A stretch of 32,000 nucleotides of DNA, taken from positions 240,001 through 272,000 of the forward strand of contig JAIUPJ010000001.1 of NCBI GenBank assembly GCA_020160975.1, read 5' to 3'. The notes under the pieces were generated by a model. It did not search any database. It was given only the letters and a program-made list of their open reading frames with translations, and had not been told where the DNA came from. This document shows, one piece after another, positions 8,323-15,715 of this stretch. The DNA is from Candidatus Saccharimonadota bacterium (GTDB lineage: Bacteria > Patescibacteriota > Saccharimonadia > Saccharimonadales > Saccharimonadaceae). The translations under genes were made by a program, and so were the position numbers. Within the stretch, counting starts at the first letter, position 1; the number at the start of each line of letters is the position of its first letter.

Positions 8323-9216
8323 CTAGAGACCCATATCTACCATAACCGACTCTCGCAGCCGTTTTTTGAAACTATCAGCAATATAGCCTGTCTGCAAAGA
8401 CCTAGTAGATGCGGCAAGGCCAAGTGCAAGTGCCTCCACGCGCTGCCGAGCTTTTTCGCTCATACGATCCGAAGGGGTCCGAGCAGTTCGCAACAAAGAG
8501 TCGACTGCTTGATCACTCATACCGGGTACTGTTCGCCTGTTAACTGCTTCGCCGATCATACTTCGAATCAGCTGTTTTTCTTCGTCCGTTAGATCGCTAT
8601 CATTAGCTACGACCTGCTCGCACAGGCTTATTGCATCGTCCCCGTTGTTAAATCCGCCAATCGCCATATATTCCATAGCTTTTTGCGTATGGCTAGGTAG
8701 CTTGGCAAATTTATTCGATTTCCAATCATACTGCACAAAAGCCCCGATACGATTATCGACCTCTCTCGAACCACCTCGTCGAGCAATACTGTCGATATCA
8801 CCCAAGAGTGTCATTACAGGTTGTGTCGCCTCAAATAATGCTTTTTCTTTTTCACGGGCTGCTAATTTTTCAGCCTGCTCAGAGCGAAAGGTGTTGAGAG
8901 CAGCTTCGGGCTCAGGTAAATCGAACCTGCTGCGTGCACCTGTGCCTACAGTAGTACCAAATTCATCGTTAAGGGGTGTTAGACGAGTAACCTCATTGCC
9001 TTCTTCGTCTACACCCGTGACTACAGCATATGGCTGGTCGCCGGAAAGCGTTGCTGCAAAGAATGCCCTATCGCCCAATGTCTTTCGCATGCGGCGACTG
9101 AGTTCTTCTGAACGAGCTTCACCTTCAAAATCACCGATACCCGCATTAATACTGTTGACTGCTTCTTCGGTTATTTCTGCGGTGACAATATGCTTTTTAT
9201 TTTCTGGATTTTTCAT
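8323..9216 (-). CDS. hypothetical protein (297 aa, acidic, soluble); no family recognised
   Basis: Long ORF with its own promoter and terminator. No TM helix or signal peptide and no catalytic motif I can recognise. The antisense ORF 8645..9268 is a shadow ORF. Confidence 0.7.
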   Translation of the reverse strand: MKNPENKKHIVTAEITEEAVNSINAGIGDFEGEARSEELSRRMRKTLGDRAFFAATLSGDQPYAVVTGVDEEGNEVTRLTPLNDEFGTTVGTGARSRFDLPEPEAALNTFRSEQAEKLAAREKEKALFEATQPVMTLLGDIDSIARRGGSREVDNRIGAFVQYDWKSNKFAKLPSHTQKAMEYMAIGGFNNGDDAISLCEQVVANDSDLTDEEKQLIRSMIGEAVNRRTVPGMSDQAVDSLLRTARTPSDRMSEKARQRVEALALGLAASTRSLQTGYIADSFKKRLRESVMVDMGL

Positions 9217-9224
9217 ATATTATT

Positions 9225-9253
9225 ACTATAGCAAAAAATTGACTAAAAGTCAA
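9225..9253 (-). promoter_or_regulatory. near-consensus promoter TTGACT-17 nt-TATAGT placed 8 nt before the ATG (leaderless configuration); the -35 lies in a palindrome that doubles as a weak terminator
   Basis: On the minus strand the -35 TTGACT is at 9253..9248, the spacer is 17 nt and the -10 TATAGT is at 9230..9225. Eight nt (aataatat) separate it from ATG 9216, with no SD. TTGACT-aaa-AGTCAA (9239-9253) is followed on the minus strand by TTTTTT, 24 nt after the receiver gene stop. Confidence 0.55.
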
Positions 9254-9276
9254 TACGCTTTTGCTTAACTATCTTA

Positions 9277-9687
9277 CTAGTCTTGTGGAGAAGATGGAGC
9301 AGGAGCTACGTCCATACCAAGGTGGTGCTTGATGCGGGCCACGACGTCGCCAATCACGACTTGAGATTTCACGAGATAATCATCGACGCCAAGTTGTTCG
9401 GCACGCTCTTTGTCCTTTGGTTGACTGAGTGCAGTGAGCATAATCACACGGACATTGGTGGTGTCAGGGGTGTTGCGCAAAATATCGAGCACGTCAAAGC
9501 CACTGATTTTTGGCATCATGGCATCGAGCAAGATGAGGTCTGGCTTGAAAGAAATAGCTGCTGACAACGCGTCTTCCCCATTGTTGACTTCGTGAATATC
9601 AAATCCTTCGAGCTCCAATCGTGAGCGGTATACACTCGCAAGTGCGGTGTCGTCTTCCACGAGGAGAATTTTTTTCTTTGTGTCCAT
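9277..9687 (-). CDS. single-domain response regulator (CheY/DivK-like receiver), orphan
   Basis: 136 aa. Receiver residues ILLVEDD, LILLDAMMPKISG, VIMLTAL and DDYLVKS are present, with a short Pro/Ser-rich tail. No kinase gene is adjacent. TACTAT (9701..9696) lies 8 nt upstream of the ATG. Confidence 0.85.
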   Translation of the reverse strand: MDTKKKILLVEDDTALASVYRSRLELEGFDIHEVNNGEDALSAAISFKPDLILLDAMMPKISGFDVLDILRNTPDTTNVRVIMLTALSQPKDKERAEQLGVDDYLVKSQVVIGDVVARIKHHLGMDVAPAPSSPQD

Positions 9688-9733
9688 ATATGTTTATAGT
9701 ACCTGAGCGCTGAAAAAAGCACAAGCAGGAGAG

Positions 9734-10954
9734 TTAGAAAATTTTGCGAGCCGCCTCAAGCTGAGGGTCACGACCAGCATTGCGATCATCGGACGTGAGC
9801 TGAACGACGGTATCAGGGGCAATACCCTCTTTGGTGATGTTTTTGCCATTTGGCGTGAACCACCGCGCAATTGTCACCTTCAGCTGGCGGCCGTCGGGCA
9901 GATCGATCAGCTTCTGGACGGTGCCCTTGCCATAGGTTTTTTCACCGATTAGGGTGGCTGCCTTGTGATCCTGCAGGGCACCCGCCACGATTTCACTGGC
10001 GCTGGCACTTCCGCCGTTTACCAATACGACAGTTTTTATGTTCTCCAGCACTGGCTCACCTTTGGTGCGAATGGTATTCTTGACAGTATTATTGGTCTTT
10101 TCGGTGACAATCACCTTATCACGTAGCCACAAGCTTGCTACGTCTTGGGCGGCATCGAGATACCCGCCACCGTCATCGCGCAGATCAAGAATCACCCCCT
10201 TCACTCCCTGAGACACGAAGCCTTGTGCCGCCTTCCGAGCTTGTGCGGCCGTATTGGCATCGAACCGGGTGATAGTGAGCGTGCCGATGCCGTTTTCGAC
10301 CGAACTACGAACGCTCGGATCGCTTAATTTTGCACGGGTGATCGAAAAGTTCTTTGTCTCTTCACCGCGTTTGACTGCTACTTTGACCGTCGTACCTTCT
10401 GGCCCGCGAATCTTTGACGCGACTTCTGATGAGTCGAGACCTTCGACAGAGCTATCGTTCACTGATATGAACTGGTCACCTGCTAGCAGACCAGCTTGTG
10501 CCGCTGGCGAATTCTCAAGCACGCGAACGACGGTAGCCGCGTCATTGCGAACACCAAGTTCACAACCGATTCCTGTCACCTCTCCACTCAGCTCTTTACT
10601 GAACTGCTCGGCCTCTGTTTTGTCCATGAAGATGGTATAGCGATCGCCGACCGCAGCCACCATACCGCGCGCCGCGCCATCAGCGAGCACACTCGAATCG
10701 ACCGTACCATCGTAATTTGCCTTCAGCTCACGATAGGCCTTTTGGACAACCGCAAGGTCAAGCGATTCTGTCGAGGTTTTTACACCGATCAACGGAGCCA
10801 TGGTGGCAGCAAGCTCTGATTGCCTTGTACCGACAACAAAGCCCGCCAGTGCAACAATAGCCATCGATACGAAATAGAAATTCTTTGACACACCCATGCG
10901 ACGTCGTGGACGATAATCTTGGCTCTCTTGCATTGGGGGTTGGGCATCTGTCAC
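9734..10954 (-). CDS. ctpA: carboxyl-terminal processing protease (S41 family, PDZ domain), membrane-anchored
   Basis: PDZ region (GIGCELG...VVRVLENSPAAQAGLLAGDQFISVND). S41 catalytic region (VVLVNGGSASASEIVAGALQD...GEKTYGKGTVQ). TM anchor FYFVSMAIVALAGFVVG. I prefer GTG 10954, which has AGGAG 7 nt upstream. The longest ORF starts at ATG 10990, only 2 nt after a TATAAT box. Confidence 0.88.
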   Translation of the reverse strand: MTDAQPPMQESQDYRPRRRMGVSKNFYFVSMAIVALAGFVVGTRQSELAATMAPLIGVKTSTESLDLAVVQKAYRELKANYDGTVDSSVLADGAARGMVAAVGDRYTIFMDKTEAEQFSKELSGEVTGIGCELGVRNDAATVVRVLENSPAAQAGLLAGDQFISVNDSSVEGLDSSEVASKIRGPEGTTVKVAVKRGEETKNFSITRAKLSDPSVRSSVENGIGTLTITRFDANTAAQARKAAQGFVSQGVKGVILDLRDDGGGYLDAAQDVASLWLRDKVIVTEKTNNTVKNTIRTKGEPVLENIKTVVLVNGGSASASEIVAGALQDHKAATLIGEKTYGKGTVQKLIDLPDGRQLKVTIARWFTPNGKNITKEGIAPDTVVQLTSDDRNAGRDPQLEAARKIF

Positions 10955-10994
10955 CGGTTGTCTCCTTTTTTGTCTCTCTAGCTTAAGCATTAAT

Positions 10995-11024
10995 TATAGC
11001 GCACTCCGTGAGGTGTGCGCTATA
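10995..11024 (-). terminator. 10-bp perfect hairpin after the CHAP hydrolase gene, overlapping the ctpA -10 box
   Basis: TATAGCGCAC (10995-11004) pairs with GTGCGCTATA (11015-11024) around a 10-nt loop, 29 nt downstream of the stop at 11053. No strong U tract follows, so terminator function is uncertain. TATAAT (10998..10993, minus strand) is embedded in it. Confidence 0.4.
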
Positions 11025-11052
11025 GCTGATTGCTCCGATCGTGGTATCTGAG

Positions 11053-12234
11053 CTAAAAATAGATGTACGTCAGGCCGCTAGCCGAACGGGTGTAATAGTG
11101 GTATCGTCCCCATCCACCGCCATCGGCATTGTTGTTATAGTCGCTGACGGTGATTGTACCGTCGCCGTTGACCGACTCAACATACATCGAGTGTCCATAA
11201 ATACCAACATACCAAATTGCTACTGACCCTGCTTTTGGAGTCGACCCACTCGAGATACCATAGCGGGCAGTAGTCGATGGCCATTGGTTTGCGTTACCAT
11301 AGCCGCCAAAGTGCGGAACGAAACGGCCAGTGCTAGCTACTTTCCATGCCGTATAGCTGACACACTCGCGGTTATACAGGCCCCAAGAGTCAACCAACGT
11401 ATCTTGCTCAGCATAGGCCCACACGCCAGGATATCCGCCGCCGCCAACTGAGCCGCCACCGATATTGCTCGCACCGCTCGCAGCAGCTGCCGCAGCCATT
11501 GCGGCGGCTTGTTGCTGGCGGAGACCAGCAATCTGTGAGTTTCGTTCTGATGATAGCTGCTGGTACGCGGCTTCTTGACCTTGCGTATCAGCCAAAAGTT
11601 TGGCCTGCTCGGCTTCTTTGCTAGCCAGGGCATCCCGCTGTGATTTTTGGTCAGCCAATACACGCTCCACATCGACTCGCTGTTGCTCAAGTTGCTTCTT
11701 TAGTGCGTTGATTTGATCAATAGTATTGCTAAGATTGTCTTGCACTGAAGCGCGCATGTTCTCTTGGTCGACATAGTCGCTGATATCGTTTGCGCTCGCC
11801 AGCATCTCGAGTGGCGTGATCGAGCCGTCGACATACATATCGGCAATAATTAGGCCAAGCGCCTCTTTGTTGTCGGCGATATCCTTCTCGGTCTTGGCAA
11901 TTTGATTGACGAGTTTGTCGTATTTTGCCTGGCTCAGGTCTAATTGACCCTGGATGGTTGCCTTTTGGGCCGCCAGGTTTGCCAGTTCGTTCTGGAGGGT
12001 GTCAGCCTGTGCGCCGAGCTTTGCAGCTTCGTTTTGGTACCCTGCCACTTCGGCTTCAATCGCCCGAATTTGATCGTCGAAACGATCAGCAAATGCATGG
12101 TTGCCAAAAGTAAGCGGCCCGCTCATTGCCATCAATACAGCGCCTGCCACCAAAGCTGATTTGGTGACTAACCCTTTTGAAATCGATGTGGTGGACCGTT
12201 TCATTAGTTTCAGATTAGCATAAGCAATACGCAT
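11053..12234 (-). CDS. secreted peptidoglycan hydrolase: signal/TM + long coiled coil + Gly/Ala linker + C-terminal CHAP domain (PcsB/CwlO/RipC-like architecture)
   Basis: The CHAP catalytic Cys context is NRECVSYTAWKV and the His context is GIYGHSMYVESV. About 220 aa of heptad-like Q/A/E/L-rich sequence precedes the domain. The linker is AAAMAAAAAASGASNIGGGSVGGGGYPG. I chose the start at ATG 12234, which has GGAG 8 nt upstream. The ORF-track start at 12399 would overlap ftsX by 139 nt. Confidence 0.85.
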   Translation of the reverse strand: MRIAYANLKLMKRSTTSISKGLVTKSALVAGAVLMAMSGPLTFGNHAFADRFDDQIRAIEAEVAGYQNEAAKLGAQADTLQNELANLAAQKATIQGQLDLSQAKYDKLVNQIAKTEKDIADNKEALGLIIADMYVDGSITPLEMLASANDISDYVDQENMRASVQDNLSNTIDQINALKKQLEQQRVDVERVLADQKSQRDALASKEAEQAKLLADTQGQEAAYQQLSSERNSQIAGLRQQQAAAMAAAAAASGASNIGGGSVGGGGYPGVWAYAEQDTLVDSWGLYNRECVSYTAWKVASTGRFVPHFGGYGNANQWPSTTARYGISSGSTPKAGSVAIWYVGIYGHSMYVESVNGDGTITVSDYNNNADGGGWGRYHYYTRSASGLTYIYF

Positions 12235-12260
12235 TGTCAACACTCCGCGGACAACAATAT

Positions 12261-13241
12261 TTAGATTTTGAGGTAGCGGCGCGTAGCCATTAATGACGAG
12301 ATTGTGCCGACCAATCCACCGAGAGCAATCATTCCTAGCAGCACAAATCCAATGTACATGAGGATGTAGTCGAGCGTCGGGCCAATTGCCACTCCCCAAC
12401 TAGCAAGTTTGTCTCGCATGCCGTAGAGCAGTCCGATGCCGAGCGCCGTAGCAATAATCGCCGCGATAAATCCATACACAATCGCCTCGACCACAAACGG
12501 GCCGCGAATAAAACTGCGATCAGCGCCGATCAGCTTCATCATCTGAATCTCTTCCTTGCGGTTGAAAATCGCCATACGGATGGTATTGAAAATAATCAAC
12601 ATCGATATGCTAGTGAACAAGATACTTGCGCCAATACCAAGCTGCTGCGCCGTGCGCGTCCAGGTTGCAATAGTATCGGTGGCGGATTTGCGCTCGCTCA
12701 TAAAAGTCGGCTGGCGTGATGGTTCAATGTATTTTTTGAGCTCACTGCTGGTCTTGACGTAGGTGACGAGTTGACTAGTGTCATTGACATTCTTGAGCGT
12801 AATCCGAATGGTAGCGGGGATTTTGTTGATGGCTTGGTTAAGCGCGTCGAGCGTGCCAGCACTTGATTTGTTTTTCTCAGCAAACTCTGCACGGCCTTCC
12901 TCGGTGCTAACAAATGTTACTGACTCGACATTGGAAAGTCCGCGCAGGTCAGACATGATGTTGCCTGCTTCTTTCTCGGTAGTGCCTGTCTTGAGGTAAA
13001 TAGAGCGGTCAATTCGTTTGCCTACCTGCGCTGCCGTATCAGCAAGGACATTTTGAGCAACCACTGTCGTAAAAACAACCAGAAGTGTAATGGTCATCAC
13101 AGCAGTTGCAGCCACGGTGAGCCAGGCATTACGGGTAAAATTATTGACACCGTAGCGGCACATGCGCAAAAATGTCAGCCATTGACGACGATGTCGCCGC
13201 TGTCCAGCAAGTGCTTTGGCGTTATTGGCATGCTTAGGCAT
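12261..13241 (-). CDS. ftsX: cell division ABC transporter permease FtsX
   Basis: 326 aa. The N-terminus RMCRYGVNNFTRNAWLTVAATAVMTITLLVVF is typical of FtsX. It has a large extracytoplasmic loop and 3 C-terminal TM helices. AGGAG lies 7 nt upstream of the ATG, and an in-frame stop at 13305-13307 bounds the ORF. Confidence 0.9.
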   Translation of the reverse strand: MPKHANNAKALAGQRRHRRQWLTFLRMCRYGVNNFTRNAWLTVAATAVMTITLLVVFTTVVAQNVLADTAAQVGKRIDRSIYLKTGTTEKEAGNIMSDLRGLSNVESVTFVSTEEGRAEFAEKNKSSAGTLDALNQAINKIPATIRITLKNVNDTSQLVTYVKTSSELKKYIEPSRQPTFMSERKSATDTIATWTRTAQQLGIGASILFTSISMLIIFNTIRMAIFNRKEEIQMMKLIGADRSFIRGPFVVEAIVYGFIAAIIATALGIGLLYGMRDKLASWGVAIGPTLDYILMYIGFVLLGMIALGGLVGTISSLMATRRYLKI

Positions 13242-13388
13242 ACAAATTCTCCTGTAGCCGAGCCGATACGGGCAATGATTCAGACGCGTTGCAGTGCGAG
13301 GTAGTCATGAAGCGCGGAGCAAGTTGTACATAAGAGGTACAGCGCGCGAGCACTGGAGTTACTAACGGTGCAATGTGGCGTGTATCAA

Positions 13389-14072
13389 TCATTGTCTATA
13401 GCTCCCTTGCGCTTGATCACTGGTAATCTTCCCATGGTCAATCGTAATCACCCGCCGCTTGAGCTTGTTAACGATCTCTACATTGTGCGTGGTGAGCAAT
13501 ACAGTGGTGCCGTATTTATTAATCTTTTCGAGCAGGCGCACAATGTCCCAACTATGCTTTGGGTCGAGATTGCCTGTTGGCTCATCGGCAATTAAGATTT
13601 TTGGCTGACGCACTACAGCACGGGCAATCGCTACCCGCTGACGTTCACCACCAGAGAGTTGGTGCGGAAAGTTTTTTTCCTTGCCTGTCAACCCGACGAG
13701 GTCGATAACTTTCGGTACCGTGCTTTTGATCTCGCGGCTAGTCATACCAGCTATTTCTAGTGCAAATGCCACATTTTCAAAGACAGTGCGCTGTGGCAGT
13801 AATTTGAAATCCTGAAACACCACGCCGATCTTGCGACGCAACAACGGAATGTGTTTGTCTTTGAGTGTATCGTAGTCAATTCCTCCCACGACAATCTTGC
13901 CGCTGGTAGGCTTTTCTTCGCGAGTTAGGAGTTTTAGCAGGGTTGATTTACCAGCACCGGATGTCCCAACGAGAATCACAAACTCATTGGGTTCGATATG
14001 CAAACTAATCCGATTGAGAGCCGGACTAGAGTCTTTGCCATACGCTTTTGTCACCCTATCTAACAAAATCAT
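13389..14072 (-). CDS. ftsE: cell division ATP-binding protein FtsE
   Basis: 227 aa. Walker A is GTSGAGKST, the ABC signature is LSGGERQR and Walker B is [21 protein letters not shown] (14090..14082) lies 9 nt upstream of the ATG. Confidence 0.92.
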   Translation of the reverse strand: MILLDRVTKAYGKDSSPALNRISLHIEPNEFVILVGTSGAGKSTLLKLLTREEKPTSGKIVVGGIDYDTLKDKHIPLLRRKIGVVFQDFKLLPQRTVFENVAFALEIAGMTSREIKSTVPKVIDLVGLTGKEKNFPHQLSGGERQRVAIARAVVRQPKILIADEPTGNLDPKHSWDIVRLLEKINKYGTTVLLTTHNVEIVNKLKRRVITIDHGKITSDQAQGSYRQ

Positions 14073-14119
14073 CTACTTCTCAGTATACCATAACCATCGC
14101 TTAAATAACGCTTAACGCG

Positions 14120-15052
14120 CTACCAGCTACCACTACTACCACCGCCTGAGAAATCACCACCGCCGAAGGAGCCTCCGCCGCCTGATGACCAACCGCCATC
14201 TCCACCACCGATTGAGCCTCCGCCAGCCCACCATGATGGGAGCGTCCCCTGAGACTTGTGCCGGGCGTAGTCGCGCGATACCAGAAAATCAAACAGGAAC
14301 CCAAAGAGCGTGATGCCGACAGCGAGGAGTATTGTCCAAAATGCCCACGAGAATAACAGCGCGACAACCAGTCCCAATCCCAGACCGATAATGCCGCCTG
14401 CCCACCAGCTTTTGCTACGCCCCAGCATAGAGGCTACCCATGACAGGATAGAGAGAGCGCCCACTAGAATAAAGAATCCAAGCTCCGCCCATGAGCTGAA
14501 CGCGGTTTTATCGGTGCTTGCCGCCGCCTCAAGTTTCGGATCGGCTTGAGCAGAGATGGCCTTTTGAATACTATCGACCGCCTCCTCTAGGCCCCCGGCG
14601 AAATCACCTTTTCGAAATGCCGGGGTGAGAACATCGCGGATAATGCGTGACGCACGGACGTCAGTCAGGTCACCTTCAAGCCCTCGCCCTACTTCGATGC
14701 GCATCTTACGATCATTTTTGACAACCAAGATCAACGCGCCGTTGTCTTTGCCTTGTTCGCCAATTCCCCAAGCACGCGCTACTTTTAGTGAGTAGCCCTC
14801 AAGATATTCGTCTGTACCGAGTGTTGGAATCATCAGAATGCCTATTTGGTATGATTTTGTCTCGCGGCTCGTGGCAATTTGCGCGGCGAGGCGTGTAATG
14901 TCCTCTTGAGACAACGTGTTCGTCTGGTCAATGATAGGCGTCGCTAGGCTTGGTGCCGACGGTACCGCAAGTGCATGGGCCGGCACGACAGTCAGGCATA
15001 CCACTGTAGCTACAGCGATGAGAATAGCGCCAATATACCTGCCTAGCTTCAT
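14120..15052 (-). CDS. TPM-domain protein (YgcG-like): signal peptide, TPM domain, TM helices and a Gly-rich C-terminal tail
   Basis: Signal peptide MKLGRYIGAILIAVATVVCLTVVPAHALA. TPM-like core (IIDQTNTLSQEDITRLAAQI...IGILMIPTLG...GALILVVKNDRKMRIEVGRGLEG). Tail GGGSIGGGDGGWSSGGGGSFGGGDFSGGGSSGSW. I chose the start at ATG 15052, 10 nt after the lemA stop. The ORF-track start at 15154 overlaps lemA. Confidence 0.8.
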   Translation of the reverse strand: MKLGRYIGAILIAVATVVCLTVVPAHALAVPSAPSLATPIIDQTNTLSQEDITRLAAQIATSRETKSYQIGILMIPTLGTDEYLEGYSLKVARAWGIGEQGKDNGALILVVKNDRKMRIEVGRGLEGDLTDVRASRIIRDVLTPAFRKGDFAGGLEEAVDSIQKAISAQADPKLEAAASTDKTAFSSWAELGFFILVGALSILSWVASMLGRSKSWWAGGIIGLGLGLVVALLFSWAFWTILLAVGITLFGFLFDFLVSRDYARHKSQGTLPSWWAGGGSIGGGDGGWSSGGGGSFGGGDFSGGGSSGSW

Positions 15053-15062
15053 GCGAGGCAGC

Positions 15063-15674
15063 CTATTGTGCCGTCGTTGTGTTGTCGAACTGAACTGTCG
15101 GTGCAGCTTCCGATCCGGCAACTGCCTGGAAGTATGGTCGCTGCGTAAAGCCAAACAAACCAGCTATGAGATTGGTTGGGAACGTTTGTAGACGTGCGTT
15201 ATAGGGCCGAGCGGTGTTGTTGAAATCAGAGCGAGCTACCTGGATACGATTTTCCGTGCCCTCGAGCTGACTCATGAGGTCCTGGTAGGCAGCCGTTGAC
15301 TTGATGTCTGGATAGCTTTCTACTACTGCAAGCAGCTTGCTGAGTGAGCTTGTGACGCCGTTTTGTGCATCGATATAGCTTTGCATCTGCTCTGGTGTTG
15401 CCGTGCTAGCGTCGACAGAAATACCGGTGGCTTTGGCACGAGCTGAAACCACCTGATTGAGGGTCTCTTGCTCAAAGTTCGATGAACCCTTGACGGTGTT
15501 GACGAGATTTGGAATCAGATCAGCACGTCGCTGATATTGTGTTTGCAAATTACCAAACGACGTCACGACTGTCTCGCGCTGCTGCACCAAGCTATTGTAG
15601 GTACCGCCGATCCACAAACCAAGCACCGCGATAACGGCCACGATAATTCCTGGGACTAACCATTTACTTTTCAT
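15063..15674 (-). CDS. lemA: LemA family membrane protein
   Basis: 203 aa. An N-terminal TM helix is followed by YNSLVQQRETVVTSFGNLQTQYQRRADLIPNLVNTVKG, the LemA signature region. TATACT and SD AAGGAGG lie upstream. Confidence 0.9.
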   Translation of the reverse strand: MKSKWLVPGIIVAVIAVLGLWIGGTYNSLVQQRETVVTSFGNLQTQYQRRADLIPNLVNTVKGSSNFEQETLNQVVSARAKATGISVDASTATPEQMQSYIDAQNGVTSSLSKLLAVVESYPDIKSTAAYQDLMSQLEGTENRIQVARSDFNNTARPYNARLQTFPTNLIAGLFGFTQRPYFQAVAGSEAAPTVQFDNTTTAQ

Positions 15675-15715
15675 ACCATGCCTCCTTAATGTATCTGACT
15701 CTCAGTATAGCAGAA

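Noticed and set aside
11053-12399. Long N-terminal extensions in the ORF track for the CHAP gene and four others: TPM (15154), murI (16735), serS (25456) and the ABC permease (26816)
   Set aside because: Each extension overlaps the preceding gene by 60-140 nt and encodes non-homologous sequence. Internal starts match family N-termini and are supported by SD, leaderless or ATGA-coupling signals.
14120-14230. GGTGGT/GCCGCC-rich repetitive DNA as a repeat element
   Set aside because: It is the coding sequence for the Gly-rich C-terminal tail of the TPM protein, and low-complexity coding explains it.
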